DNA from: an uncultured delta proteobacterium
GTDB lineage: Bacteria > Desulfobacterota > Desulfomonilia > UBA1062
Length of the DNA stretch: 64,000 nt
Assembly: GCA_963752595.1 (NCBI GenBank)
Contig: CAVVYZ010000017.1
Location: forward strand, 275,055 to 339,054
Direction of reading: 5' to 3'
Part shown: piece after piece, positions 30,056-38,584 of the stretch
Layout: each line of letters begins with the position of its first letter
How positions within the stretch are numbered: the first letter of the stretch is position 1
Notes under the pieces: generated by a model
Seen by the model: only the letters and a program-made list of their open reading frames with translations
What the model was told of the DNA's origin: nothing
Database searches by the model: none
Made by a program: the position numbers and the translations under genes

Positions 30056-30739
30056 GTGCAGGGTCTCTATCTTGTCACGGACCGGAAGTTGTGCGGCGGC
30101 AGACCGGTTGAAGAGGTTGTCCTGCTTGCAGTAAAAGGAGGCGTTTCCTGCGTCCAGCTGCGCGAGAAGGATCTTCCTACCCGGATGTTCGTTGAGCAGG
30201 CGAAGAAGCTGAAAAGTCTGCTTGCGCCGTTGCATGTGCCGCTGATCATCAATGACCGGCTGGACGTGGCCCTGGCAATAGGGGCGGACGGCATTCATAT
30301 CGGCCAGGGTGACATGCCCTATGAAACCGCCAGGAGGCTCTTGGGCCCGCAGGCGATCATCGGCCTTTCCGTGGAAACCTGGGAGGAAGTAGAAGAGGCT
30401 CAGGAGCTTGACGTGAATTATCTCGGGTTAAGCCCGGTTTTTAAAACACCCACCAAAACCGATACCAAAGATGCCTGGGGCCTCTCCGGGATCGCCCGGG
30501 TCAGGGGGTATTCCCGCCATCCCCTGGTAGCCATCGGAGGCTTGAACAAGGTAAACGCCGCAGATGCCGTCAGGGCAGGTGCGGATTCCGTCGCAGTAGT
30601 CTCGGCCTTGTGCTGTGCCTCTGATCCGATGCACGCAGCCCGTGAACTCGTTGGAATCATAGGGCAGGTTCTCCGGGAGAGAGATCTTCCGGGCAGTCTA
30701 AAGATTGGTTTGTTAAAGGAATCTTCAGAGAAGCATTGA
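30056..30739 (+). CDS. thiE: Thiamine-phosphate synthase
   Basis: LYLVTD, VQLREK, IINDRLD, HIGQGD, TPTK, VAIGG. Confidence 0.95.
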   Translation: MQGLYLVTDRKLCGGRPVEEVVLLAVKGGVSCVQLREKDLPTRMFVEQAKKLKSLLAPLHVPLIINDRLDVALAIGADGIHIGQGDMPYETARRLLGPQAIIGLSVETWEEVEEAQELDVNYLGLSPVFKTPTKTDTKDAWGLSGIARVRGYSRHPLVAIGGLNKVNAADAVRAGADSVAVVSALCCASDPMHAARELVGIIGQVLRERDLPGSLKIGLLKESSEKH

Positions 30740-30752
30740 AGTCAAAAGCCTT

Positions 30753-30793
30753 AAAAGGGAAAGGCCCCGGTAGCCGGGGCCTTTCCCTTTTTT
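30753..30793. terminator. Bidirectional intrinsic terminator
   Basis: AAAAGGGAAAGGCCCCGG-TAG-CCGGGGCCTTTCCCTTTT between convergent thiE and the Cache gene. Confidence 0.88.
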
Positions 30794-30821
30794 CGTAGTG
30801 AATGAGCTTATGATGTGTCAG

Positions 30822-32123
30822 TTAGTCTTCGTCGTCATATACATGGGGTTTCTGCGCATCGGGGGGTACCTCTGAGGCGATGGAGCGGTTGATGCCTTTG
30901 GCGAGGATCGCGGCGATGGAGAACAGGATGATCATGGCGCCGAAAAGGATGATGACGATGGTGGCGAGCCAGACCTGGCCTTCTTTCTCGATCTTGTCGG
31001 AAGTGACCTTGGCCTGCTCGTTGAACTTTTCGATATCCACGCCCAAGGCTACGAACCCGAAGCCTGCGGGTTTGGGATAATCGGCGGAGTAGAAGGGGAT
31101 GGGAGCATAGGCAACCATCTTGGTGCGTTCATCGAACTTGTAGGTCTTGATCCCGGACTTGCCGGCCAGGGCTTCCCTGGCTATTTCGGGCATGCCGGGC
31201 TCGATCCCGTCGATTGAGATGAGGTTGAGCACTTCTTCGCCCAGCTTCTTCATCTCGTCATAGTTGGTGGGATTGATGGGAGGCACCTGTGTGCCGTCCT
31301 TGTACAACCCTGCTATGTGGTAATCGAGCGGATGGGCGATGACGAAACCCTTCTCGTCTACCATGTAGGCATAGTTGCCGGTTGAGGCATCTGCCTTGAT
31401 GACATACTCGGACTCGGTCGGGATGATGTTGTCCGTATATCGTGCGAGGTGCCGTGCATCGAGGGCAAGAGCCACTACCCCAATGAATCCCTGCTTGTCG
31501 AACAGCGGTGTCGCCATTCGAATGATCCCCTTGAATCTCTTCCCTTGCTCGAATTCAGCCTTGTTCACATACCACCCGGTCATGTGAGACAGATAGACCT
31601 GACCCTTGTCCAGACCTTTTGCCTTGAGGAAGTAATCTTCGGACTTATAGGTCGTATTGGCAGGGTTGCTCACGTTCTGGAGTGTGTTTCCCGGAACAAC
31701 CTGGCCGTCCACCAGTTTGATGACCTCCCGGCCGTTTCTGTCGATAAATGACATCTCCACATACAAGGGCAGCTGCTCCTTGACGATGCCCTGGTCGGTT
31801 TTGACCCACAGGGAGCCCGTCTTGGTGGTGAGGAAATCCTTGTATGCGGAAGCAGTGGCAGGAATGATGGTGGCGATGAGCGCGTCTTTCTGGCGCTCAC
31901 GCAGGAAATCCGCGATGTTCTGGCCCAGATCGACCGCGCGCACCTTGATCTCTGCTTGAGACTTCTGATCCAGAGCCAGCATGGCCCCTGACTTGGACAT
32001 GCCGCCGAAGTGGACAATGCTGAAGGCAATGAGGGAAGATATCAGTAATAAGGGGATGACTACGAGCAGGAAAAATAACCTCGCAACCGTGAGAATGCGA
32101 CTTCCTTTGATTGTTTCAGGCAT
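30822..32123 (-). CDS. Membrane-anchored Cache-domain protein without cytoplasmic output domain
   Basis: Two TM helices around a ~340-aa extracytoplasmic region with Cache hallmarks (EDYF, IIRMATPLFD...GVVAL, YAYMVDEKGFVIAHP, VAYAPI); ~25-aa tail. Confidence 0.75.
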   Translation of the reverse strand: MPETIKGSRILTVARLFFLLVVIPLLLISSLIAFSIVHFGGMSKSGAMLALDQKSQAEIKVRAVDLGQNIADFLRERQKDALIATIIPATASAYKDFLTTKTGSLWVKTDQGIVKEQLPLYVEMSFIDRNGREVIKLVDGQVVPGNTLQNVSNPANTTYKSEDYFLKAKGLDKGQVYLSHMTGWYVNKAEFEQGKRFKGIIRMATPLFDKQGFIGVVALALDARHLARYTDNIIPTESEYVIKADASTGNYAYMVDEKGFVIAHPLDYHIAGLYKDGTQVPPINPTNYDEMKKLGEEVLNLISIDGIEPGMPEIAREALAGKSGIKTYKFDERTKMVAYAPIPFYSADYPKPAGFGFVALGVDIEKFNEQAKVTSDKIEKEGQVWLATIVIILFGAMIILFSIAAILAKGINRSIASEVPPDAQKPHVYDDED

Positions 32124-32247
32124 TTATTTTTCCCCCTTATTGTTTGAAGCGTATTCTTTACAAACTCTTACGCCGGTTTGTTCATACTTTAGTTGTTCGT
32201 GAAACTGGTAACAATTATATATTCTCCCGTCAGTCACTTTCAGCACA

Positions 32248-32625
32248 TCAACCGAACAAGAAAGCCTTGAACGGGTTCACAAAGAGGAGAATGAGCGAAA
32301 TGACCAGGGAGTAGATGGCGATGGACTCGGCCATGGCCATACCGACCATCATGGTCATCATGATCTTGCCCTGAGCCGCCGGGTTTCTGCCCACTGCCTC
32401 GGAAGCTCCTGCCGCGGCATTACCGATGCCCGCACCAGCGCCGATACAGCCGAGCCCGATAGCGAGGCCGGCGCCGATCATGGCGCCCACCGAGAAGATG
32501 ACCTTTACATAAGGCGCCTGCTGAGGGATGACATCCGCTGCAAAGGCGGCAACCGGTGAAGCCAGTATCCAGACGGCTGCAGTTGCTGCAAAAGAGAATA
32601 AAATTTTAGCTGAATTGCGATACAT
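32248..32625 (-). CDS. atpE: F0F1 ATP synthase subunit c (orphan copy) with N-terminal signal-like extension
   Basis: GxGxGxG helix (IGAGAGIG), loop RNP, essential carboxylate in [13 protein letters not shown]; SD AAAGGAG. Confidence 0.93.
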   Translation of the reverse strand: MYRNSAKILFSFAATAAVWILASPVAAFAADVIPQQAPYVKVIFSVGAMIGAGLAIGLGCIGAGAGIGNAAAGASEAVGRNPAAQGKIMMTMMVGMAMAESIAIYSLVISLILLFVNPFKAFLFG

Positions 32626-32704
32626 GTTATTTCTCCTTTCATTGTGCAATAGTTTTCGTACCGTAAGCACCGAGTGAATGAATTCTCAATGCTGACTACC
32701 ATTG

Positions 32705-32721
32705 AGCAATAGATATGCCAA
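32705..32721 (-). promoter_or_regulatory. Sigma54 (-24/-12) promoter of atpE
   Basis: Minus strand TTGGCATATCTATTGCT fits TGGCAY-N5-TTGCW. Confidence 0.8.
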
Positions 32722-32748
32722 TCGCATACATCCCTCCTGAAACCTGAC

Positions 32749-32761
32749 CAACCATCTGATT
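32749..32761 (-). promoter_or_regulatory. Putative IHF site
   Basis: Minus strand AATCAGATGGTTG matches WATCAR-N4-TTR and lies between the enhancer and the sigma54 promoter. Confidence 0.5.
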
Positions 32762-32819
32762 TGCAACCTAATTTTCAGCCTCCCCTCCCATGGCACACTC
32801 CCCGGTTCATCCACCTTCC

Positions 32820-32867
32820 ATTAAACATATCGTTCAATCCTTCCCCCGCTCGTTGAACGAAAAGTGC
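32820..32867 (-). promoter_or_regulatory. Putative upstream activator sequence (copy A)
   Basis: Minus strand GCACTT-ttcg-TTCAACG-N14-TGAAC-N6-TTTAAT; contains the inverted repeat TCGTTCAA/TTGAACGA; the motif recurs at 37252-37300. Confidence 0.6.
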
Positions 32868-33028
32868 GATGCCGGCGATAACAATTGAAATTTACATGCT
32901 GAAGACCATCTGCAGAGAGTTGATGACTTTGCCTCTCCATTATGGTACTAAAAACATTGACAATTACTTGACAAAGTAGAGGCAAGAACAGCTGCTGATA
33001 ATATCGGAGAAAGAGATAAGGTCAAAAG

Positions 33029-33199
33029 ATGAGAGAAATCGGTGCCATTGCAGGATATCTTATAGCCTGGTTGTTCTGTGAGGTGGTAATAGGCATCAAG
33101 AGCGGGTTCGTTACGCTTTTAATCTCGCTGCTCTTTGCCTTTGCCATATATGCCCTGATCGCATACGCGGAGCATGAGGAAAGGGATGGCAACACGTGA
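33029..33199 (+). CDS. 56-aa two-helix membrane protein (below ORF-track cutoff)
   Basis: Manual translation MREIGAIAGYLIAWLFCEVVIGIKSGFVTLLISLLFAFAIYALIAYAEHEERDGNT*; directly upstream of the kinase on the same strand. Confidence 0.5.
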   Translation: MREIGAIAGYLIAWLFCEVVIGIKSGFVTLLISLLFAFAIYALIAYAEHEERDGNT

Positions 33200-33262
33200 G
33201 CATGGTCCTCTTCAGCCCTGTGTTCTTCCAGCTGGTAGAATGAAGAGAAACGATCTTTTCCG

Positions 33263-35851
33263 ATGAAGAGAAAGGTCTCCCGCTTATACCTGAGATATTC
33301 CATCTGGCTCACTGCTTTAAGCGTAATCATTCTGATAGTTTTCCTTGGATTGACTGTCTATTATGTGCGTGAAAGGTCTATCGTCGAGCTTTTCAGCGCC
33401 CAGCAGGCATCCGTTGCGGATCAGGTCGCAGCGAGGATGGAAGAGTCCATTGCAAAAAGCGAAAAGGGCATGATCATGCTCGCCAAGCTGTTGGGCGACC
33501 AGGGAACGGCTCCGGAAAAGAAAAGAGAGAGCATCGATGCCCTCTATGATGAACTCCGGAATGTCGTGTGGGCAATCATAATAATCGACAAAAACGATGT
33601 CGTTATCGACGGGCGCCCGGAAAATGTTGTGTCCAGGATCTCCGGCAGGAGATATGTTGATCCGGCGATGAGTCATGCGATAAAGAAATTGAACCAGAGG
33701 TACACAGGCGAGATCGGCATGAAAGGCAGCGAGAAAGAACCACAGGGCAAAACCATCGGGATCGGGCTGCCTGTGCTGAATGAGGAAGGCAGATACGGCG
33801 GAGCGGTATTTGCCGTTTTGCCCCCCGAGTTCTTCCTGGGCAGGACCATATCGGTAGATCAAACGTATATGAGCGACTTCTGGCTCGTCGATGAATCGGG
33901 CACAGTAGTCTTTCACCCGAATAAAGATATAAGGATTGGAGATTTGAAAAATGAACCATCCTTTAAGATGTTCTCCTATAACCCGAAACGCTATAGCGAG
34001 CTGAACCTTTCCCGGGAGGGCAAACATGAAAAAAGCATTATTGCCTATGCACCGATCCGCATCGGCATCACGAAGTGGTGGATCGTTCTTGTTACTCCCT
34101 ATGATAAGGTTCTGAAACCCATTCGCAGCGCCTCCTTCAACATTATCCTGGGCGCTGTCGGCCTCATTGTCGTGGTCATCATCACAGCCGTTTCCATTGC
34201 ACGTTCAGACGTGAAGCGGGCACGCCTCAAGGAAGAGCTCAAGCGGCTCAAGGAAAGCGAGGTATGGCAGGGCAAGCTCTTAAGAGAAAAGATGACCATC
34301 GACGGGATCATCGAAGGCTCTCCGGTACCGATGTTCGTATTGAATAACAATCACAAGGTCATCTTGTGGAACCGTGCCTGTACCGATCTTACCGGCTTCA
34401 GCTCGGACGAGATGATCAATACGGATAACTACCATAAGCCGTTCTATAAAGAAAAACGGCCTTTCCTGGCAGATTTTATCATTGATCGTAACATGGAGAG
34501 TTTTGATACCTATTACGGTGAAGGGAAGGTCATTAAATCCGAATCGATCGAAGGGGCGTATGAGGCCGTCAAGCATTTCAAGAACTTACGGGGCAAGGAC
34601 CGCCACCTGCACTTCCTCGCTGCGCCGATCTTTGATGAAAAAGGTGAGATTGTAGCCGCCATCGAGACGTTCCTCGACGTATCGAAGGAGGTGGAGCTCA
34701 CCAAGAGCCTGATGGAATATGCCGAGACCCTGCAGAACGAGCTGGATGAGAATATCCGGCTCGCGCATGAGGTGGAAGACCTCTACAACTATCTCCAGAG
34801 CATCCTGGACAGCCTGCCGGATAAGATCTACGAGCTGAACAGGGAAGGGATCATCAACTATGTGAGCCGGCATATCAAAGACCGCAGAAGCCCGCACGAC
34901 CCCAAGGGCAGGCATTTTACCGAATACGTGGCGCCTGAGCACAGGGCATACGCCATGTCGAAATGGGAGGATGCGAAGAGGGGGATCTACAACCCGTACG
35001 AGCTCGAACTGTCCATGAAAGACGGCAGAAAGAAAAAGCTCCTGATGACGCCCGGCCCGGTCAAGGGAACAGACAGGTTCGTTCTGGTCGAGCGCGACAT
35101 TACCGAGTTCAAGGAGCTCGAGGAAAAATACTATGAGAGCCAGAAGCTCGCTGCGATCGGCCAGCTTTCAGCCGGGATCGCCCATGAAGTCAGGAATCCC
35201 CTTTCCTCGATAAAGATGAGCCTGCAGATTCTGGAAAAGCGCATGCAGCCTGAAGGCAACGATCTCAAAAGGTTCAAGATCGCACAGCGGGAGGTCGAGC
35301 ATCTCGAAAAGCTCGTAAGCGACGTGCTCATCTATGCCAAGCCTCTGGACCCGAAGAAAGAACTTTCCGACATGAGGGTGGTCGTTGAGCAGGCACTCGC
35401 AATGGTAGAGAAATCTCTCTATGAGAAGGAGATCGCGGTCGAAAAGAGCTACCCGGATGATCCCGGGATGATCATGGCCGATCCGGTTATGATCAAACAG
35501 GCGCTCATCAATATTTTCCAGAATGCTACCGATGCTATGGAGCACAAGGGAAGGCTCGGGATCTCTTTGAAGGGCGATCATGATTTCCTTTCCATCGAGG
35601 TGGAAGACAACGGCTGCGGGATCGACGAGCAGGACCGCCCCCACCTGTTCAACCCGTTCTTTACCAGGAAAAACTACGGGACAGGCCTCGGCCTCACCCA
35701 GGTGAAGAAAATCGTGGATCAGCATGACGGGAATATCGAGATAATCAGTGGCAGCGGCGAAGGAACCCGGTTTATCCTCTCTTTCCCGAGGGCTGGGTGC
35801 ACTTATGAGGACAGGGATGCATTGGACGATAATCAATCTATACAATCATAA
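33263..35851 (+). CDS. Sensor histidine kinase (TM-dCache-TM-PAS-PAS-HisKA-HATPase), NtrB-like
   Basis: H-box AGIAHEVRNPL, N-box QALINIFQNA, DNGCGI, FNPFFT, GTGLGL; PAS motifs WNRAC..LTG and ERDITE. Confidence 0.93.
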   Translation: MKRKVSRLYLRYSIWLTALSVIILIVFLGLTVYYVRERSIVELFSAQQASVADQVAARMEESIAKSEKGMIMLAKLLGDQGTAPEKKRESIDALYDELRNVVWAIIIIDKNDVVIDGRPENVVSRISGRRYVDPAMSHAIKKLNQRYTGEIGMKGSEKEPQGKTIGIGLPVLNEEGRYGGAVFAVLPPEFFLGRTISVDQTYMSDFWLVDESGTVVFHPNKDIRIGDLKNEPSFKMFSYNPKRYSELNLSREGKHEKSIIAYAPIRIGITKWWIVLVTPYDKVLKPIRSASFNIILGAVGLIVVVIITAVSIARSDVKRARLKEELKRLKESEVWQGKLLREKMTIDGIIEGSPVPMFVLNNNHKVILWNRACTDLTGFSSDEMINTDNYHKPFYKEKRPFLADFIIDRNMESFDTYYGEGKVIKSESIEGAYEAVKHFKNLRGKDRHLHFLAAPIFDEKGEIVAAIETFLDVSKEVELTKSLMEYAETLQNELDENIRLAHEVEDLYNYLQSILDSLPDKIYELNREGIINYVSRHIKDRRSPHDPKGRHFTEYVAPEHRAYAMSKWEDAKRGIYNPYELELSMKDGRKKKLLMTPGPVKGTDRFVLVERDITEFKELEEKYYESQKLAAIGQLSAGIAHEVRNPLSSIKMSLQILEKRMQPEGNDLKRFKIAQREVEHLEKLVSDVLIYAKPLDPKKELSDMRVVVEQALAMVEKSLYEKEIAVEKSYPDDPGMIMADPVMIKQALINIFQNATDAMEHKGRLGISLKGDHDFLSIEVEDNGCGIDEQDRPHLFNPFFTRKNYGTGLGLTQVKKIVDQHDGNIEIISGSGEGTRFILSFPRAGCTYEDRDALDDNQSIQS

Positions 35852-35865
35852 AAAGGGCAGGTAGT

Positions 35866-37245
35866 ATGTCTAAGATCCTCGTTATCGACGATGACAGTTC
35901 CATCAGGGAAACGCTCGATCTGTATCTGACGGAAGAAGGATACAGCGTGCAGACCGCGCCGACAGGGACGGACGGGCTCAATAAGTTTACGCAGATCTCC
36001 CCTGACGTGGTTATCCTCGATATCAGGCTTCCGGATGTGAACGGGTTCAGGATCCTGGAGGATTTGCGGGAAGAGGACGAGCACGTCAAGGTCATCATGA
36101 TCACGGCCCATCACGACATGGAATCCACCATCAAAGCGATGAAAGAGGGCGCGTTTGACTATATCCACAAGCCGGTAGACGTCAACGAGCTCGACATCGC
36201 CATCAGGAAGGCCATACACGCCCTCGAGATGGAGAAGAAGATCAAGGGCCTTCTCGTGGAGTCTTCAAGAGACTTCAAGGTAGGCGATATCATCGGCGTG
36301 GGCCCTTATATGCGGGAGATATTCAAGACTATCGGGGTGGTGTCCCAGAGCAAGACTCCCGTGCTCCTGCAGGGTGAGAGCGGCACAGGAAAAGAGCTCA
36401 TAGCCAAGGTGATTCACAACAACACCTCAGCAGAAGAGCCCTACATAGGCATAAACTGCTCTGCAATCGTGGAGACCCTTCTCGAGTCGGAGCTCTTCGG
36501 CCATGAAAAGGGATCGTTCACCGGTGCGATCAACCGCAAGCCGGGCAAGTTCGAGCTTGCACGCTACGGAACGGTATTCCTCGACGAGATCAGCGAGATG
36601 TCGCTGAACCTTCAGGCCAAGCTCCTCCGCGTGCTTCAGGAAAGGGAGTTCGAGCGTGTCGGCGGCAAAGACAGGATCAAGGTGAATGCCAGGGTCATCG
36701 CAGCTACCAACAAGGACCTGAAAACACTCATAAAGGAAGGTCTGTTCAGGGATGACCTGTATTACCGGCTGAACATCGTCACCATCACTATCCCCCCGTT
36801 GAGGGACCGGAAAGAAGACCTGAACCCCCTGATCGATTATCTTCTCGAAAAGATAAACCTGGATCTCCACAAGCAGATCGCAGGTGTTTCCGATGAAGTG
36901 CTGGAGGTTTTCAGGCAATACAGCTGGCCCGGGAATGTGAGGGAGCTCGAGAACCTTCTTGTCCGGGCAGCAGTAGTAGCCAAGGGGCAGGTCCTTATTA
37001 AATCCGACTTTCCCGACCTCAATGAAGATCAGAGATCTTCCAGGGCAAAAGATCAGGAGATGGATACCTTCTGTGACTCTGCAGGCAGGATCCTTACCCT
37101 GGACGAGGTCGAAGAGAAGCACATCCGGAGAGTGATGAAGGATACAAAGAAAAACAAAGGCGAGATCTGCGATATCCTCGGCATATCCCGGCCGACCTTC
37201 GAGAGGAAGCTGGAAAAATACGGCATCCTTTTCGAGCGCGAGTAA
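35866..37245 (+). CDS. Sigma54-dependent response regulator (NtrC family)
   Basis: Receiver (IDDD, LDIRLP, KP), [36 protein letters not shown], Fis-type HTH. Confidence 0.95.
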   Translation: MSKILVIDDDSSIRETLDLYLTEEGYSVQTAPTGTDGLNKFTQISPDVVILDIRLPDVNGFRILEDLREEDEHVKVIMITAHHDMESTIKAMKEGAFDYIHKPVDVNELDIAIRKAIHALEMEKKIKGLLVESSRDFKVGDIIGVGPYMREIFKTIGVVSQSKTPVLLQGESGTGKELIAKVIHNNTSAEEPYIGINCSAIVETLLESELFGHEKGSFTGAINRKPGKFELARYGTVFLDEISEMSLNLQAKLLRVLQEREFERVGGKDRIKVNARVIAATNKDLKTLIKEGLFRDDLYYRLNIVTITIPPLRDRKEDLNPLIDYLLEKINLDLHKQIAGVSDEVLEVFRQYSWPGNVRELENLLVRAAVVAKGQVLIKSDFPDLNEDQRSSRAKDQEMDTFCDSAGRILTLDEVEEKHIRRVMKDTKKNKGEICDILGISRPTFERKLEKYGILFERE

Positions 37246-37251
37246 AAATAA

Positions 37252-37300
37252 GCACTTCCGATTCAACGTTTCATCGAACGGGCTGAACATTCCATTTAAT
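37252..37300 (+). promoter_or_regulatory. Putative upstream activator sequence (copy B)
   Basis: GCACTT-ccga-TTCAACG-N15-TGAAC-N6-TTTAAT; identical in the mirror copy at 63523-63571. Confidence 0.6.
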
Positions 37301-37407
37301 TCTTAGCGAGTATGCGGGTGTATTTTGTCTAGGGGTGCCAGTGGCTATCTGCTGATAAAACAAGTAAAAACAATGAACTGGAAGGTTAAAATCATAGTTG
37401 CGGAGAG

Positions 37408-37424
37408 TTGGCACGGTTTTTCCT
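37408..37424 (+). promoter_or_regulatory. Sigma54 promoter (variant -12)
   Basis: TTGGCACGGTTTTTCCT: perfect -24 element, -12 TTCC instead of TTGC; same in the mirror copy. Confidence 0.65.
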
Positions 37425-37477
37425 AAGAGAAGGGGCAGCAAGCACACAAAAAGAGAATAATAAGGAGGGTCCTTACC

Positions 37478-37753
37478 ATGAAGAAAACAGTCCAGACAGC
37501 AATCGTAGCATTTTTTGTAATACTGATCACGTCAAGTTTTGCATTTGCGGCGCATGCGACCTCAGGAGGAGATAGCTTTCCGTACTTTCATCTTGGGTGT
37601 CTGATCATGGGCGGGATGACGATCGTATCATTGAAGCACCGGTATCCGAGGATGTACTTAAGCGAAGCGGTTGGGTCATTTGCGCTGTACGCGGTGCTGG
37701 TAGCGATGTTCACGGCTCCGGTAATCGGAGCGGTAAAGAATCTGGTAAGCTAA
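37478..37753 (+). CDS. 91-aa membrane protein (signal peptide plus two TM helices)
   Basis: SD AAGGAGG; MKKTVQ...FAFA signal; two hydrophobic helices; intact in both arms. Confidence 0.75.
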   Translation: MKKTVQTAIVAFFVILITSSFAFAAHATSGGDSFPYFHLGCLIMGGMTIVSLKHRYPRMYLSEAVGSFALYAVLVAMFTAPVIGAVKNLVS

Positions 37754-37851
37754 GGGAGAAGGGATAAAGGACCTGGTGAGGACCCGCCCTTGAGCAGGGT
37801 AGCCGAGCAAGGGGCTTATGGGCGGGGATGAGAAGAAAGGAGGGAACAGGT

Positions 37852-38109
37852 ATGGTACGGATGAATAAGAAGGTCCAGGATGCAAGGAACCTCAATCACA
37901 TAATGATGATGAGTGCATGGAGCTTTACCATAGTTGTTTCCTCGTTTGTGTTTCTGTTCGCGGGCAGGTGGATCGATGAGAAGATAGGGACGGAGCCCGG
38001 GTTCATGATCGGTCTGTTCATCTTGGGCATCGCGCTTTGCATCGGCCGGATGTACGGTGACTTCATCAAGACACGGGAGAACATCAAGAGGTACGGATAT
38101 CAACTCTAG
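37852..38109 (+). CDS. AtpZ/AtpI-family (ATP synthase gene 1) protein
   Basis: Two TM helices with the family signature G.WID...GTEP.FMIG..ILG; SD AAGGAGG. Confidence 0.78.
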   Translation: MVRMNKKVQDARNLNHIMMMSAWSFTIVVSSFVFLFAGRWIDEKIGTEPGFMIGLFILGIALCIGRMYGDFIKTRENIKRYGYQL

Positions 38110-38149
38110 TCTTATACGCAACTGATAAAGGTTTTAACCCCCACACACC

Positions 38150-38190
38150 CCGAGAGCCTATGAACCCCATCGGCTCTCGGACTTTTTATT
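38150..38190 (+). terminator. Intrinsic terminator after the AtpZ-family gene
   Basis: CCGAGAGCC...GGCTCTCGG stem followed by ACTTTTTATT. Confidence 0.7.
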
Positions 38191-38584
38191 ATGTCAATTC
38201 CCATCAGCCATATTCCAGGAAGAAGACCTTGGAACACCCTTTAAGGATGAGTGAACTATGCTGAAACTATAGGCGTTTGAAACCCGGGTGAGGTCGAGTG
38301 TTTGCATTAAAAAGCAGGAGTTTCCTTTGTAGGAATACTTAAGCATCAATAGCGAGGATTGCATACAGCTCTGTTGCCTCGTCTATGGTTTATCGGGAAG
38401 CTCCCCTTGTCTCGAGTATAGGCAGTTTTCAAGAGATGTTCCTTATCATTCACTGAAATGTAAGCAGTTCACCTACAGGGAGTAAGAAATAGATTTACCG
38501 CAATATCAGACGCCATCGGGCATCCAGGGGGATTTATTTATCATATATCCCGTACATACAGAAAACTGGAGAAGGAGACGGATA

